From positions 682,001-746,000 of the forward strand of contig CP120458.1 of assembly GCA_034226945.1 (NCBI GenBank): a stretch of DNA of 64,000 nt. Reading direction: 5' to 3'. Within the stretch, counting starts at the first letter, position 1. The number at the start of each line of letters is the position of its first letter. Position numbers and translations under genes: made by a program. Positions 60,661 through 64,000 of this stretch are shown in pieces. Under the pieces are notes generated by a model that did not search any database, was not told the DNA's origin, and saw only the letters and a list, made by a program, of their open reading frames with translations. This stretch comes from Picochlorum sp. SENEW3 (lineage: Eukaryota).

Positions 60661-62373
60661 TGTGATGGGATGCTGTTCTTCACGGATAGAGAGTATCCAA
60701 CTGTCCGTTCAAATTGGCATTTTAATAGGTGACATTCGTCGATTCATGACACCTGAGTTTGGGCCAAGGGTGTCATTGCTCAAGGCTAACTGCACCATAT
60801 TTCATCGCCCAGGGGGGGACATATTCTACAACAATCTGCCATGTTTTGGTGCATATCTGCTCCTGAATGCCATCTATCGTGACACTCCCACGCGCAAATG
60901 TCATAATGACCAGATGCTGCAATGCTCATGCAGCCAAGTCATCTCTCAAATGGAACAGTTACAGCCAACACTTCAATGCCAAGCATCATGGAAACATATA
61001 CAGTCGCGATAAGCGGGTGATATCCGTGAGCAGTACGATTTTCTGCGGATTGTATGCAAGTGCTGATGGTCCTGAGGCCATCCACACCGCAGCCTATTTC
61101 CAATGAAGGTGGGCGTCAGTATCTCCGTCAGTTCCTGCGGTACGAATGTATCGAAACCGTATCATGAACTTGTTGATCTCTAGAGTATGCCTTCGGACTT
61201 CTGTCGGTCCATAACAAGCTCGTTTGTGCCACTGTCCGCTCAAATGCTTGCATGTCACCATATTGCTTTCTTATGGCTCTCAGTGCGGTGCTGTTGTGGC
61301 CATGATGCGCGATGCATTAGCCCAAAGCTCATATGTACATGGAATTGTGAACGTGACGATTGATGGCCAATATAGCTGCTCATTATTGGCACAGAGGCAA
61401 CAATACAAACCTCATAGCAGTAGAATCAATGTGGTTCTCTCGAGCTGTGACGTTTGATCATGAAGATCAAGCATGCCATCGAGATTGGTGTGTGTTCTGA
61501 TTCTAGACAGAATCAATGTAGGTGCAGCGCTTCAGCGGGGTTGATGTTGAATATGAAAGCAGTTACATTGCAAGCCTTTCCCTCCTACTGAAGAGATATA
61601 TGTACCAGTTTGCAGATGGGGGATGTGACAGCGTACATTTCCAGTCGTGGCCTGGATTTCCTTCGCAGGGTACACAATATACTGCCTTGTCACTCTCGTG
61701 TCGTTGCCAACACAGAGCGTTCAACCTTCACACGCAATGAGGTTCGATAGAAGATGGGGTAGAGCACCAACCAATGTACAGAAGATTATCTCTTCTTTCA
61801 CAGGATAGTTTGAATTAGAGGTTGCCACATGAGGTTCAAATCTTCTCAGTATATTGAAATGACCATGATGACTAGATTTCTCCTAGGGATCTCATTTCCC
61901 TAGATGTTTACAAGAGATCTCCTCCCACAGGGACGTAGCTCTCTGCTACAGGGGATGTGATTCCAAGAGATGGAGACGCAGGTCTGCTTAGCCGATTCAC
62001 GGATTTGGGAGATTTGTATCGATATCAGGCAATGAGAAACCGCAAATAGAGCTTTGATGGCGTGTCGACAACTGCATTTGTGCAATGCCAGGTGATCCAG
62101 TGATCAGTCTATACTGCTGTAGTGCAAAGGATTTTCTAGGATCATGTGAATTAGAACGGATGTCAAAGAAACCCAGAACGCTTGGAAATCCATACAAAGG
62201 ACCATACAAGGTTTCAGTCTCACCACAGAATTGTCAGTACATGCATGTTCCCAGCCCATGGGGCTTGGCCAAACCTGGCCTACTGAAAGGGCGGTCCATC
62301 CGCCCTTTCCATCCAAACATCACTATGTCGATTGAAGTGTCATGAGACTCACGTCAATAAGGGGCCCGCGAGA
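60661..62373 (+). repeat. Degenerate dispersed repeat, copy 2 (longer)
   Basis: Aligns with 49471-50623; no long ORF on either strand. Confidence 0.85.
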
Positions 62374-62619
62374 TACCCCTGTGTTGGACTCCATACGCCA
62401 ATTCCCTCGATCCGTGGTCGTTCCATACACCTGTAAGGTAACCCAAATCATAAAGTTCCTTTATTTGTATCAATCGCAGGTTTGAAATGATACAGACGTA
62501 GTAGGAGTCACACAAATTGATCTTACATCGATTGATGTGCTGGTCAGTCGATATAGGGCCGTGATTGGGTGTCAGGTATGAGATGGCCACCCCATCAGCT
62601 GTGTGCTTCAATCAGGCAT

Positions 62620-63448
62620 AGGGTTGGTACTGTGTCCAATGGGACATGTGGGCGGCGGGGTCTGAGTACCTGCCACTCCAGTGCAGGCCCTGTTGGGCCC
62701 ACTGGGATGGTGCCATTCTGTCCTGGCCTGCTGTCCTTGTAGGTGATGAGCCATTCTGTTGCATGGAGGTATTCTGGCATTTCTCCGGCGTTCCTCGTAT
62801 GGCTGCGAGGTGCGCATGTTATTATCTCCGCTTCTTTCGAGATGTTACCTTTGTTTGCCAAGTGTTGCATGATACTGCCCAAGAACTGTTGAAGCAGCTC
62901 CGGGTGTCGAGTTGGGACACCCCGTAAGATGGCTTGTTGCGTCTGTGTCTGAGTTTCATACTGTACAGTCACCGGGAACTGTTTGTCTTCATGTTCAAAG
63001 AACATCCAGGACCCGTCATTGACGATTTTTCCGAAATGTGGCTGAAATTCCCGCAACACCCACATATTCCAGAAGACCCTCAGTGTCTTTGTTTTGGTGG
63101 CATAGTGGTGGCCGATCTTCTCCTCCGTGAACATCATCTTGTGCGGATCTTCAATGTTATCTTGCAATAAGGGTTGATTTCCGTAGGCTTGCAACCCTTG
63201 TTCGAGGTGCAAGATGATGGATCGGTCGATTCGCAACTTCAAATTTTGAATGTACGAACGTTCCGGTTCTTCATTCTCGCACTGCAGGGTGGTGGTGAAA
63301 GTCACTCTTGCTGACTTTGTTGCTTTTTCTGCTTCTCGCAGAGCCTCCATAAAGTTCTGGAGGTTGGCGACAGCCGTGGCCATCGTCGCAGGTTGCCTCT
63401 CGATGAGGAGTATTAGCTTCTCGTTATGTTCAGAAACACTACGATCTT
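62620..63448 (-). mobile_element. LINE family A, copy 5: ORF1 5' fragment (3'-truncated, slightly more diverged)
   Basis: ORF 62595-63521 matches ORF1 and lacks the frameshift seen in copies 2 and 3. Confidence 0.92.
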
Positions 63449-63618
63449 GGGGAATAATTAAACAACAATTTTCAAAGGTAATCAATCTGTTAGCAGGTCT
63501 ATAACCCCAGAAGGATGACAAGCATCACCGAACATGGGGAGCCGGGAAAAGAGTTGGATTACTTCTATGCAGGAACGAATTTGTGCGGAGAGAATAACTC
63601 GATTGCTTTCAGTGATTC

Positions 63619-64000
63619 TTTTTTTTTTTTATAGGGGATTATTACACAGTCGAGAAATATGACGAATATCTTCCAAATCATACAAGCCCCACAGGAGGAA
63701 ATCCCTAAATAAAATGTTGAGGAATTTATAAAGGGATACAAAACCTCCTGACCTGTACATTGTCCATTGGACATACTCCTCTGTAGTGTTTTGTTTGAGC
63801 GAGTGTAGCATAGTGAATGAAACAGATTTCCTCGACCTTCCATATGACGACTGCTCCAGGTTGTGAAATTTTTACCATGGGTACCACTAAACCGTACAGG
63901 AGCAGTTGGGCCGTCATACTTCAGGCAAATCTGACTATAGTCTCACTTGGAATGCTGATGTTTGTCCTGGAAGTGGCAAGCGCTTCCTTGTTCACTGCAC
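63619..64000 (-). mobile_element. LINE family A, copy 6: 3' end (continues beyond the window)
   Basis: Poly(T)ATAGGGGATT.. tail and 3' UTR nearly identical to copy 3. Confidence 0.93.

Noticed and set aside
60300..62600. Decayed capsid or other viral gene next to the recombinase
   Set aside because: The frames I translated are interrupted by stops and show no recognisable motif; needs an HMM search.

Overview
This is eukaryotic, transposon-dense DNA. A compact-genome green microalga is my guess from the short GT..AG introns and the TE mix; this is inference only. Two intronless glycosyltransferase-like host genes (292-2448 and 41345-42622, both minus) sit among layered mobile elements. DNA transposons: a CACTA/EnSpm family with CACTT termini (one complete 6.1-kb copy with a CAT target duplication, one truncated copy, one diverged end), a MULE/SWIM element with long palindromic TIRs, and a decayed pogo-type DDE element. 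Retroelements: a 5'-deleted Ty3/Gypsy with an intact 3' LTR, and three L1/Tx1-like LINE families. Family A has six near-identical pieces, including an 11.3-kb tail-to-tail inverted pair and a back-to-back insertion with poly(A) at both ends; family B has one intact copy; family C is fragments only. The stretch 2466-40371 is bracketed by concentric pairs of inverted transposon ends. The most unusual region is 57055-60157: a D5/SF3-type helicase and a virophage/Polinton-like-virus-type tyrosine recombinase point away from each other across an array of TGTTCCA iteron-like repeats, with no capsid gene recognisable nearby. It may be a plasmid-like or satellite-like integrative element. All family calls come from motif recognition by eye; no searches were run.
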